Shown here in pieces: positions 29,843 to 39,144 of a stretch of 64,000 nucleotides of DNA. Where the stretch lies: assembly GCA_045632525.1 (NCBI GenBank), contig JAZQWV010000046.1, forward strand, positions 574 through 64,573, in the 5' to 3' direction. Under the pieces are notes generated by a model that did no database searches, had not been told where the DNA came from, and worked only from the letters and a program-made list of their open reading frames with translations. The translations under genes and the position numbers were made by a program. Within the stretch, counting starts at the first letter, position 1. Each line of letters opens with the position of its first letter. This DNA is from Candidatus Fimenecus sp. Its GTDB lineage: Bacteria > Bacillota > Clostridia > Oscillospirales > Acutalibacteraceae.

Positions 29843-31681
29843 ATGATAAAAAAACTGAAAAAAACAGACATTTTATTTCTTATATCATTGTTATCAGTAC
29901 TATTAGTTCATATCTTTTTTGTCTTTGTTGTTCCGTATACCGATGATGAAAGCTATTATGTAACAGTCCCACTTCGCCTGTTGAATGGCGATAGCTTGGT
30001 TCAAAATGAGTGGCACCTTACACAGTTTTCATCATTGTTTTCATACATACCGGTATATATATGGATGACTATAAAAGGTTCAACTGATGGTATTTTTATC
30101 TTTTTGAGATGCATATACCTTTTTGTCCACACAACCGTAGCGGTTACAATATATCGCTTTTTTAGAAAATATGGTAACTGGGCAATTATGGCGTCAATGA
30201 TGTTTTATGTGCAAATAGCATATAGAATTCAAGCACTTAGCTATCAATCTGTTTTCGTTATATCTTTGTTATTGTTATCACTTTGTTTAATATCTATTTA
30301 TCAAAAAAAATCTGTCATTTCTTATATTTTTGCAGGAATATGCTTTGGCTGTTGTTGTGTATGTAACCCGCTGTTTTGTTTTGTCTTCGCAATATATCTA
30401 CTTGTTTGTATTTTGTGGACAAAACGACAAGCGTTAATAAATAAAATAATTGAGTTCAAGGCTTCTAATGGTGTAAAAAAAGGTAAAAAACTTACAAAGA
30501 AGCAAAAAAGAGAACAAAAACAACAAGTTATAAATGCTATTCCAGATATTGAAAATTATAATTGCTTTTTTACAAAAGAGGCTATTTTAAGATTTTTCAT
30601 AGGAATTGCAATTATTGCTGTTGTTGCAATTGTTTTCTTTTTTTCAACAGGTGGAACAATTGATTCCATTCAAGACAATATAGAAAATCTTTTAGGTAGC
30701 AGTGAATATGATATTGCTTCCAATTCTGTCTTTACGAAGTTCATAGATACAATTAAATTTTTTAGTATGGCTAACCTTGGTATGCCATGGATATTGCCTA
30801 TATTATTTATCTCGTTATTAATTGACAAAGACAGAAAAAACAACAAACATCGTTTTGTTTATTTGTCTGCTTCCGTTTTGTGGTCAATATTATTTATGTT
30901 TGGTGTTATGCAAAACATAGAAATACATCTGTGTGCCATTTCACTACCATTTTGCGTGTTTTCTACAATATGCTATTTGTTGACAGAAAATAAAAACAAG
31001 ACTTTGTTTTATTGTATGAATGTACCTTGTTCAATAGCTGCCCTTTTTCAATATCTTGCGGCGGATACACATTGGGGCGCAATTGGAGTTGTGCTCGCAG
31101 TTAATAATGTTGCAGGCATATTTTTTGCAATGGATTTGTGGAAAGAGATGCGTTCTGTTTCCACAAATGATGAAGAAACAACCAAGAAAGAAAAAAGTGG
31201 TTTGTTACGCGGTATAATCATTGTAGGTTTTTGTTTGCAGATATTGTTTTATGGTATTTTTTATCAGTATGGTCAACTTTATAGTAAAGATGACCCCAAA
31301 GCCACAAGGGGACCTTTTTCAGGGCTATATATGACTGAAGAACAATATGAAAAGTATAATAGAGCAATAAGTGATATGGATGTAATAAAGGATATCAGTA
31401 GAGAAAATGACCCTGTGTTATTAGCAACTTATAACAATTGGATGTATTTGTATCTGGAACGACCAATAGCAACATATAGTGCATGGTATCGAGGCACTAT
31501 TCACTCAAAACTGCTAATTAATTACTACAAAGAAAACCCCGATAAGATACCAAAATATATTTATTTAGAATCATCAGACCCGCAAAATGCAAATGTTAAA
31601 ATATTTAGTGAATTATTCGTTTTCACAAGAGAAAACTTATCAAACGGTGTTCTTTTAACTGTTGAATATTGCAATTTCTAA
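29843..31681 (+). CDS. large polytopic membrane protein, GT-C-like (ArnT/PMT/YfhO-type) glycosyltransferase candidate
   Basis: More than 10 TM helices. YTDDESYY acidic motif right after TM1. Lys-rich cytoplasmic loop and a C-terminal soluble domain. Confidence 0.5.
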   Translation: MIKKLKKTDILFLISLLSVLLVHIFFVFVVPYTDDESYYVTVPLRLLNGDSLVQNEWHLTQFSSLFSYIPVYIWMTIKGSTDGIFIFLRCIYLFVHTTVAVTIYRFFRKYGNWAIMASMMFYVQIAYRIQALSYQSVFVISLLLLSLCLISIYQKKSVISYIFAGICFGCCCVCNPLFCFVFAIYLLVCILWTKRQALINKIIEFKASNGVKKGKKLTKKQKREQKQQVINAIPDIENYNCFFTKEAILRFFIGIAIIAVVAIVFFFSTGGTIDSIQDNIENLLGSSEYDIASNSVFTKFIDTIKFFSMANLGMPWILPILFISLLIDKDRKNNKHRFVYLSASVLWSILFMFGVMQNIEIHLCAISLPFCVFSTICYLLTENKNKTLFYCMNVPCSIAALFQYLAADTHWGAIGVVLAVNNVAGIFFAMDLWKEMRSVSTNDEETTKKEKSGLLRGIIIVGFCLQILFYGIFYQYGQLYSKDDPKATRGPFSGLYMTEEQYEKYNRAISDMDVIKDISRENDPVLLATYNNWMYLYLERPIATYSAWYRGTIHSKLLINYYKENPDKIPKYIYLESSDPQNANVKIFSELFVFTRENLSNGVLLTVEYCNF

Positions 31682-31738
31682 TTCAGATTATATTGCAGTA
31701 TAGAACTCTTTAAAAAACTTATTAAATAATTGTTATAA

Positions 31739-31792
31739 ACCCACTTTTTACACAGTCTTTTTACTGATTGTGTAAAGAGTGGGTGTTTTTTT
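31739..31792 (+). terminator. rho-independent terminator
   Basis: ACCCAC..TTTACACA / TGTGTAAA..GTGGGT plus T7. Confidence 0.6.
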
Positions 31793-31925
31793 GAACAGAA
31801 ATCATGTCTGTTGTGGTTTTATACAGTTTTGATGAGCATTTATTATTATTTTTATTGAATATGTTTAATTTGTATGCTAATATAATATTTATAAATCAAT
31901 TTCATTGTATGGGGGATTGAATAAT

Positions 31926-34673
31926 ATGAGCAAAAAATATTGTGAAAAGATATTGTCGCTTATTCTTACAATAGTAATCGTAGCATTATCTACAATAAGT
32001 TGTTTTGCAAGTGGTGGTATGATTATTTCAGGTGAAACTAAAATTTCAGCTGAAACAACTGCAAAATCCATTGAGATTGCAAAGCAAATCGAGGCAGAGG
32101 GTATAGTGCTTCTTGAAAATGAAGACGATGTGCTTCCTTTAAAAGATAAGAAAGTTAATGTTTTTGGTGCAAACTCTTGTTCACTTGCTTTTGCTGGTGC
32201 TGCAGGTTCAGGTGCTGTGCGTGCAGATAAGGCTGTGGGCTTTTATGACGCTCTCACCAATGCAGGTATTGAATATAATCAAGACATTTACAATATCTAT
32301 GCAGAATATACAGAAGCAGAGTCAGAAGGCGGTCTTTTAGACTATGTTGGCACCGTGCTTGAACAGTTCTTCTCAGGTGGTCAGGCTGAAATGCCAATTA
32401 CTAACATAAGCGATACTGTTATGAATGATGCAGTGGCATATTCAGACACAGCAATTGTTGTTATTGGCAGAGTTGGCACTGAAATGAAAGACCTTGCTAT
32501 TGAAGATTTAAAATTGACTGCAGATGAGAAAAAGATGCTTGATAAGGTTTGCGCTAATTTCTCAAATGTAATTGTAGTGTTTAACTTGTCAAATATAATG
32601 GACATGTCATGGTTAGAAGATTATGACAGCATCAAGGCTGCTATGATTATGTGGCTTCCAGGTGAAGTTGCAACAGACAGTGTGGGCAAAGTTCTTTCAG
32701 GTGAAATTAACCCATCAGGTAAACTGGTTGACACAATTGCTTATAATTTAGAAGACCATCCTTCAAATATGAATTTTGGTAATTACCAATACACAGGTGT
32801 CAGCGGGATTCCAAGCTATTTCGTTAACTACTGTGAAGGCATATATGTAGGCTACAGATATTTTGAAACTTTTGCACCTGAAAAGGTAATGTATCCTTTC
32901 GGATATGGCCTTTCATATACCGATTTTGCTTGGGATGTTAAGTCTTTCAATGCTGATGAAGAGAATATTACAATTGAGGTTGAAGTTACAAATACAGGCA
33001 ATGTTGCAGGTAAAGATGTAGTTCAGGTTTATTTCTCAGCACCATATTATATGGGTGGCATTGAAAAGAGTGCAATCGAACTTGCTGCTTATGACAAAAC
33101 TAAATTGTTGGAGCCCGGTGAAAGCGAAACTTTAACAATTTCTTATGCTACTGAAGATATGGCTTCTTATGATTCAAAAACAGAAGAAGCATGGGTTCTT
33201 GATGCAGGTGACTATAATATTTATGTTGCTCGTGATGTAAGAACTTTTGAAAAAACTTTTACATACAATGTCCCTACTAAAGTTGTATATAAAACAGATA
33301 ATGTTACAGGTAACACTATTCAGAATCTTTTCCAGTTTGCTGAAGGCGATTTGACATATATGTCCCGTGCTGATGTAGCGAATACATATCCTAAATCACC
33401 TACAAATTATAAAGCAACAGAAGAAGTGCTTAATAGTGATAAAAGACCTGCACCAACAACAGAGGGCGAAGCACCAAAAATGGGTGTAGAATATGAAGAT
33501 GGTGTAATAACACTCAGTGATGTTGCAGATAACGAAGAGTTGTGGGATGAATTCCTTGACCAGTTGACCCTTGAAGAACAAATTGACCTTATTTGCGACT
33601 GTGGTTATGAAACAGCAGCGATTGATAGACTTGGTATTCCTGCAACATCTGATAACGATGGTCCGTCAAGTATAAAAGGACCGGGCGGACTTCTCTATAC
33701 AGATTCAGGTCTTGCATTCCCAGTTGCTACTGTTATTGCATGCACTTGGAATGATGAGTTAGCAGAAGAATTTGGCGAAGCAATTGGCCAAGAGGGTATT
33801 GAACTTGGCACACATGTATGGTATGCACCGGGTTGTAATATTCATCGTAGCCCGTTGGGTGGCAGAAATAACGAGTATTTCTCAGAAGACCCATTGCTTT
33901 CAGGTAAAATGTCTGCAGCCGTTACAAAGGGCGCACAGTCAAAGGGTCTCATAGTAACAGTTAAGCATTTTGTTGCAAACGACCAAGAAACAAACAGACA
34001 GTCAAATGGTCTTTATACATGGCTCAGTGAACAGTCACTCAGAGAACTTTATCTTGAACCATTTGAAATCTCTGTCAAAGAAGGCAAAGCAAAGGGCATA
34101 ATGACAGCATACAACAGATTAGGTAATCAGTGGTGTGGTGGCTCAAAGGCTCTTGTAACTGACCTTTTAAGAACTGAATGGGGCTTTGACGGTTTTGCTA
34201 TTACTGACGCAAGTATCGACCTTACAGGTAATGGGTATCTTGACCCTGCACTTGCAGTTTATGCACGAAACAGCGGTATTCTCACAATGCTCTATGTTGT
34301 TTCTGCATCACAAACAAAAGATGCTCTTAAATTAGCCTATGAAGTTGACCCAATTGGTATGGGTAATGCAATGAGACTTTGTGTGTATGACATCTGTAGA
34401 ATGAAGATGCAATCAAACGCATTTGTCAATGCAAATGAAATAACAGACCCAACAAATCCAGAAACCACTCCACCAACTAATAATCCAAATGGCAATGGGG
34501 AAAATAATGCCCCACAAAATAATGACCCAAACAAAGTTGATGGAGCACAGATTCCTAATAGTGGCAACACTTTCTTCACTCTTGGTAATATTGTGAAAAT
34601 TTTACTTGGAGTCTTTGCATTGGCTGTAATTGTGATTATTCCTATGACAACAAGAAAGAGAAGGTTAAGCTAA
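31926..34673 (+). CDS. GH3 beta-glucosidase with permuted domain order, secreted, C-terminal anchor
   Basis: The alpha/beta-sandwich part and FGYGLSYT come before the TIM-barrel part (KHFVANDQETNR, ITDA). Signal peptide present. Pro/Asn linker, IPNSGN, TM, RKRR tail. Confidence 0.85.
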   Translation: MSKKYCEKILSLILTIVIVALSTISCFASGGMIISGETKISAETTAKSIEIAKQIEAEGIVLLENEDDVLPLKDKKVNVFGANSCSLAFAGAAGSGAVRADKAVGFYDALTNAGIEYNQDIYNIYAEYTEAESEGGLLDYVGTVLEQFFSGGQAEMPITNISDTVMNDAVAYSDTAIVVIGRVGTEMKDLAIEDLKLTADEKKMLDKVCANFSNVIVVFNLSNIMDMSWLEDYDSIKAAMIMWLPGEVATDSVGKVLSGEINPSGKLVDTIAYNLEDHPSNMNFGNYQYTGVSGIPSYFVNYCEGIYVGYRYFETFAPEKVMYPFGYGLSYTDFAWDVKSFNADEENITIEVEVTNTGNVAGKDVVQVYFSAPYYMGGIEKSAIELAAYDKTKLLEPGESETLTISYATEDMASYDSKTEEAWVLDAGDYNIYVARDVRTFEKTFTYNVPTKVVYKTDNVTGNTIQNLFQFAEGDLTYMSRADVANTYPKSPTNYKATEEVLNSDKRPAPTTEGEAPKMGVEYEDGVITLSDVADNEELWDEFLDQLTLEEQIDLICDCGYETAAIDRLGIPATSDNDGPSSIKGPGGLLYTDSGLAFPVATVIACTWNDELAEEFGEAIGQEGIELGTHVWYAPGCNIHRSPLGGRNNEYFSEDPLLSGKMSAAVTKGAQSKGLIVTVKHFVANDQETNRQSNGLYTWLSEQSLRELYLEPFEISVKEGKAKGIMTAYNRLGNQWCGGSKALVTDLLRTEWGFDGFAITDASIDLTGNGYLDPALAVYARNSGILTMLYVVSASQTKDALKLAYEVDPIGMGNAMRLCVYDICRMKMQSNAFVNANEITDPTNPETTPPTNNPNGNGENNAPQNNDPNKVDGAQIPNSGNTFFTLGNIVKILLGVFALAVIVIIPMTTRKRRLS

Positions 34674-34685
34674 TCATATAGAGAA

Positions 34686-34715
34686 AAACACTCATCGCAA
34701 GATGAGTGTTTTCTT
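34686..34715 (+). terminator. rho-independent terminator
   Basis: AAACACTCATC-gcaa-GATGAGTGTTT plus T-run. Confidence 0.65.
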
Positions 34716-34766
34716 ATATTGTTTATTTTTTTAATTTGTGCTATGATATTTAAAAGAGGTGAGTTT

Positions 34767-35744
34767 ATGCTTAATAAGTTTAATTGGGCGATTTTAGGCT
34801 GTGGTAATATTGCAAATGACTTTGCCCGTGATATAGGTCGAATGGGTGGCAAGATTTATTCTGTTGCTAACCGTACTCACGAAAAAGCAACAGCATTTGC
34901 TGAAAAGTATAATATCTCAAAAGTCTATGAAAACATTGACGATTTGTTTGTTGACGAAAATGTTGATATTGTCTATATCGCAACCCCACACAACAAGCAT
35001 ATTGAATATATTCTCAAAGCATTAGAGAATGGCAAACATGTGCTTTGTGAAAAGGCGATAACGCTCAATAGTGATGAACTTAATAAAGCAGTGAAACTCG
35101 CAAGTGAAAAAAATCTCATTTTAGCCGAAGCAATGACCATTTATAATATGCCACTTTATGCTGAACTTGAAAAAATCATAAATTCAGGTGCTTTGGGCGA
35201 ATTCAGACTTGCTCAAGTGAATTTCGGCAGTTTCAAAGAATACGATATGACAAATCGTTTCTTTAATATGGATTTAGCAGGTGGGGCATTACTCGACATC
35301 GGTGTTTATGCACTCTCTCTTGTGAGAATGTTTATGGAAACTAAAAATTCAGAAATTCATTCTCAAGTTAAATTTGCACCTACCGGCGCAGATGAACAAT
35401 CAAGCATTATAATCGAAAACCAAAAAGAGCAGATGGCAAGTGTAACACTCTCACTTCACGCAAAACAACCAAAGAGAGCCACAATTTGCTATGATAATGC
35501 CTATATTGAGATTTTTGAATACCCAAGAGCCGATAAAGCGGTGATTACATATACCGAAGATGGTCGCACAGAAGAAATCACAATGGGCAAACTTGAAGAT
35601 GCACTCTGCTATGAAATCGAGAACATGGAAAATGCAGTAGAAACAGGCAAAAACACAATGCGACTTGACTACACAATCGACGTAATGAACATTATGACAA
35701 AACTCAGAAACGACTGGAATATGAAATACCCAGAAGAACAATAA
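34767..35744 (+). CDS. Gfo/Idh/MocA-family oxidoreductase
   Basis: FNWAILGCGNIA Rossmann start and EKA motif (LCEKAITL). AGAGGTGA RBS at the internal ATG. Confidence 0.85.
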   Translation: MLNKFNWAILGCGNIANDFARDIGRMGGKIYSVANRTHEKATAFAEKYNISKVYENIDDLFVDENVDIVYIATPHNKHIEYILKALENGKHVLCEKAITLNSDELNKAVKLASEKNLILAEAMTIYNMPLYAELEKIINSGALGEFRLAQVNFGSFKEYDMTNRFFNMDLAGGALLDIGVYALSLVRMFMETKNSEIHSQVKFAPTGADEQSSIIIENQKEQMASVTLSLHAKQPKRATICYDNAYIEIFEYPRADKAVITYTEDGRTEEITMGKLEDALCYEIENMENAVETGKNTMRLDYTIDVMNIMTKLRNDWNMKYPEEQ

Positions 35745-35745
35745 A

Positions 35746-35772
35746 AAGGGGACGGATAACCGTCCCTTATTT
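35746..35772. terminator. bidirectional stem-loop
   Basis: AAGGGGACGG-ataa-CCGTCCCTT. Confidence 0.55.
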
Positions 35773-36645
35773 TTATATAATTTTTACCCCTAAACCTTCA
35801 CCAAAAACTCCGCCATTTTTGATATATTCAATTGCAGTTCTGCGAAGGTCTGTGTTCTTTTTAAGTCCACCTGTGAAGCCATAGCTACCTGACTTTTTTT
35901 TGTTTTTCATAAGGTCGGCATTTTTAATTTTCACACCGAAAAGCCAACGATATGTAGGGTGTGGTGCTTCTTTTTCTTCAACAAGCTCAAAAAGTTTCTG
36001 GAATTTTAAAATATTGCTGTCTTCACCCATAAAGTTTTTGTTACCACTATAAAGCAACCAGCTGTGGCACATAAACTTGTCGTTAGGAAAATCAGGATAA
36101 TATTTTGCGAAAAATTCTTGTGCCATAACAAATGATTTTTCACATTCTTCAAAATCTAATTTTGCACCACGAGGGATATGCACATTCAAAATTTTGTCAC
36201 CGAATTTTACTTCATTGTCACCGTTTTTATATGGTGTCTTGAAATAATAAATAAGCTTTTGATATTGCAATCTGCCGATTTTGAAAATACCTAAATTCAT
36301 GTGGTGCATAATCCAATGAAGCTCATAAAGACCATCTTCGTTGGTTTCAGCTTTATGGTCATCAATCCAGATTTTAATATCGCTCATTGTGTCCCAGAAA
36401 ATTTCTTCAGGAATCCCTTTTTCTTGGTATCTGTCCCAAACAGTTGGCAAAAAGGCATAGACAAGTGAGAGCTTCATCATAGGGTTTTGTTTAAGCAATG
36501 GCTCCCAACGGTTTTGGTTGCAAAGCACAAGATAAAGTTTAACCGTTGTTTTATGCTTGTTTATGTAGCACTCAATTCTGTTTGCCAATTCTTCGCTATT
36601 ATAAATTCTTAAAAAAACCTCTTTTGAACGAGCCAAATCAATCAT
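35773..36645 (-). CDS. hypothetical protein (possible DUF5596/GNAT-like acyltransferase family)
   Basis: Family call is an impression only. Start set to ATG 36645 (MIDLARSKE) after GGGAGA. Confidence 0.4.
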   Translation of the reverse strand: MIDLARSKEVFLRIYNSEELANRIECYINKHKTTVKLYLVLCNQNRWEPLLKQNPMMKLSLVYAFLPTVWDRYQEKGIPEEIFWDTMSDIKIWIDDHKAETNEDGLYELHWIMHHMNLGIFKIGRLQYQKLIYYFKTPYKNGDNEVKFGDKILNVHIPRGAKLDFEECEKSFVMAQEFFAKYYPDFPNDKFMCHSWLLYSGNKNFMGEDSNILKFQKLFELVEEKEAPHPTYRWLFGVKIKNADLMKNKKKSGSYGFTGGLKKNTDLRRTAIEYIKNGGVFGEGLGVKII

Positions 36646-36753
36646 AACAATTCTCCCAAATCTATTTTTTTCCATTTTATCACATTTTTTCAAAAAATTA
36701 AATATGTTTATACATTTTCTTCACGGGCAAAATATTTATGCGAGGTGAGAATA

Positions 36754-36870
36754 ATGAATAATCAAAACAACAATAACAAAAATAATGCAAAAAATAAAAA
36801 CAAGAACAACCCAACAAACGTAAAAGAAAACCCATCAATGAAGAACGAAAAAAAACAGGATAATAGATAA
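36754..36870 (+). CDS. 38-aa Asn/Lys-rich peptide
   Basis: GAGGTGAGAATAATG start context. MNNQNNNNKNNAKNKNKNNPTNVKENPSMKNEKKQDNR. Followed by a stem-loop. Confidence 0.4.
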   Translation: MNNQNNNNKNNAKNKNKNNPTNVKENPSMKNEKKQDNR

Positions 36871-36871
36871 C

Positions 36872-36906
36872 AAAAAAGAGGCATCAGTTTTTGATGCCTC
36901 ATACTT
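36872..36906. terminator. bidirectional stem-loop
   Basis: GAGGCATCA-gtttt-TGATGCCTC. Confidence 0.55.
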
Positions 36907-38088
36907 TTATTTATAATCTTTACCAATTAAATATCTCCACGCAGCAACATATTTTGATGTGGCTCTCGGTTTGTGAGTTTTGATATAGAAATATCTCTCT
37001 TGGTCAATAATGAGCAATGCTTCAATTGAAATGCTCATAACAAGTTTAACCGTGTCAAGTGGAATTGTGATGGTTTCATTCTCATTGAGAACTATCTCAA
37101 ATCTATCCTGACAAATTCGGAGCATTGCATTTTCAGAAATTGATTTTCTCTTTCTGTCAACTATTGTTGCAATTCGTTGACCACCTTCTTCGAAAATCAA
37201 CTCACCAGTGCCAGCTTTAAGCACTCGTTCTTTCCATTGCTCTTTCTGCCATTTATCCCAATCAAGAATATTGTCAAAAACAAGTGGCTTGTGCACTTGG
37301 TGAAAAAATCCGTCTGCACGAAGCTCTGTGACATATCCACAATCGCAGGTGAGAAAATCACCCTTTGAGTGAAGCTTACCAACCTCAAAGCAATGTGGAC
37401 ACATAAATAAAACTCTCTCAACATGTTCTGCAAGATTCTTGCCCTTATATTGATGTTTGTTTTCTTTAAGGTCTTCAAAAACATTTACATAAATATCGTT
37501 TCTGATAATTTCGTTGATTTCTTCAACGGTCATATTTTTAAGTTCTTCAGGAGAATACTCTCTCACAACACCACCGCGGACAGGACCTTTTCTAAGCCCT
37601 GTGCCCCATTTAGGAGTGTGAAAATATCCACCATTTAATCTGAAGGTAATAAGCGCAACACCCGAGTCTTTAATAAGCTGACCTGTTCTTGGTGAGAAAA
37701 AGCCTGTTTCACCATTTGGAGTGATTGTACCTTCAACGCAAATAGCAACGCTGACGCCTTCTCTGATACTTTTAAGAATATCGTCAACCATTGCAGATGA
37801 TGGCTTTTCGCGTTCACGGACAATAAACCCTGAAACCTTTCTTAAAAGAAAATTTAAAATAGGCTTGTCCACTAAATGGTCACTAATAACAAAACGCACA
37901 TATTTTTTTACAGCATAGAGCATATAAACGGGGTCCAACGCGTCAGAATGATTTGCTATTAAAATAAACGTGTCGTGTTTTGGTTTATACCTTTTTATTT
38001 TAGCGTGACAATAAGCCAAAACAATGCGACCCAAAAGAATACGCGCACCATTTACGGCTGTTTTGTTACCTCTTGTTTTCAAAGTCAT
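36907..38088 (-). CDS. PlsC-type lysophospholipid acyltransferase with C-terminal Cys-rich domain
   Basis: NHSDALDP (HX4D) motif, and CPHC...CDCG in the C-terminal half. Confidence 0.7.
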   Translation of the reverse strand: MTLKTRGNKTAVNGARILLGRIVLAYCHAKIKRYKPKHDTFILIANHSDALDPVYMLYAVKKYVRFVISDHLVDKPILNFLLRKVSGFIVREREKPSSAMVDDILKSIREGVSVAICVEGTITPNGETGFFSPRTGQLIKDSGVALITFRLNGGYFHTPKWGTGLRKGPVRGGVVREYSPEELKNMTVEEINEIIRNDIYVNVFEDLKENKHQYKGKNLAEHVERVLFMCPHCFEVGKLHSKGDFLTCDCGYVTELRADGFFHQVHKPLVFDNILDWDKWQKEQWKERVLKAGTGELIFEEGGQRIATIVDRKRKSISENAMLRICQDRFEIVLNENETITIPLDTVKLVMSISIEALLIIDQERYFYIKTHKPRATSKYVAAWRYLIGKDYK

Positions 38089-38226
38089 AAATTACACCAA
38101 ATCCCATAAAATCTATACTTAAAGAATAAATGAAATCTTGAATATTGTCAAGGCAAAACAGAAATTTTGAACAAGTAAATACTGGTTATGTTTATTGCAT
38201 TTGCATTTAATTTGTAGTAAAATTAT

Positions 38227-39144
38227 ATGGGTGATTTTATGCAAGGCAGATTTTATTCGTTAAATGAATATCTCTGTAATGAATTCGGTGGCAAGGTTTA
38301 TAAACTTGCGCTGGATATGGGCTCTACTTGTCCAAACCGTGATGGCACAAAAGACACTCGTGGTTGCATTTTCTGTCATAATGGTTCGTCCCATTTTGCT
38401 GAAACGGGAATAGATATAAATACCCAGATTGAAAATGCAAAAAACAGGGTTAAAGATAAAATCAAAACTGATAAATATATAGCGTATTTTCAGAGTTTCA
38501 CTAACACTTATGGCAATATAAACAAACTTGAAAATTGTTTTATGACAGCAATCAACCGTGATGATATTGTGGCTCTGTCAATTGCCACTCGTCCCGACTG
38601 TTTGGGCGAAGATGTGCTTTCCTTACTTGAAAAGCTCAATAAAATCAAACCCATCTGGATAGAACTGGGATTGCAGACATCAAATGAAAAATCTGCAGAG
38701 TATATTCGTCGTTGTTACCCTAATTCTACTTATGAAAAAGCCATGAGTGACCTGAAAAGCAGGGGAATAACAGTAATAACTCATATAATTATCGGTTTGC
38801 CCCACGAAACCAAAGAAGAAATACTGAAAACAGTTGACTTTGCAGTTAAAAACAAAACTGATGGGGTTAAATTACAACTTCTGCACATTCTCAAAGACAC
38901 CGACCTTTATGAAGATTACAAAAAAGGTGTAGTTAAACCTTTGAGTTTGGAAGAATATATGGATATTCTCTTTGCTTGTATTGAGAGAATACCCGAAAAT
39001 GTTGTTATTCACCGAATAACTGGTGATGCACCTAAATCGCATCTCGTTGAGCCAATGTGGAGTGCCAATAAGAAAAATGTGCTCAATACAATAAATAAAG
39101 AGTTAGAAAAAAGAGATATAATTCAAGGGAAGTGTAAAAAATGA
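38227..39144 (+). CDS. TIGR01212-family radical SAM protein
   Basis: CPNRDGTKDTRGCIFC motif. About 300 aa. The start could be 38239. Confidence 0.8.
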   Translation: MGDFMQGRFYSLNEYLCNEFGGKVYKLALDMGSTCPNRDGTKDTRGCIFCHNGSSHFAETGIDINTQIENAKNRVKDKIKTDKYIAYFQSFTNTYGNINKLENCFMTAINRDDIVALSIATRPDCLGEDVLSLLEKLNKIKPIWIELGLQTSNEKSAEYIRRCYPNSTYEKAMSDLKSRGITVITHIIIGLPHETKEEILKTVDFAVKNKTDGVKLQLLHILKDTDLYEDYKKGVVKPLSLEEYMDILFACIERIPENVVIHRITGDAPKSHLVEPMWSANKKNVLNTINKELEKRDIIQGKCKK

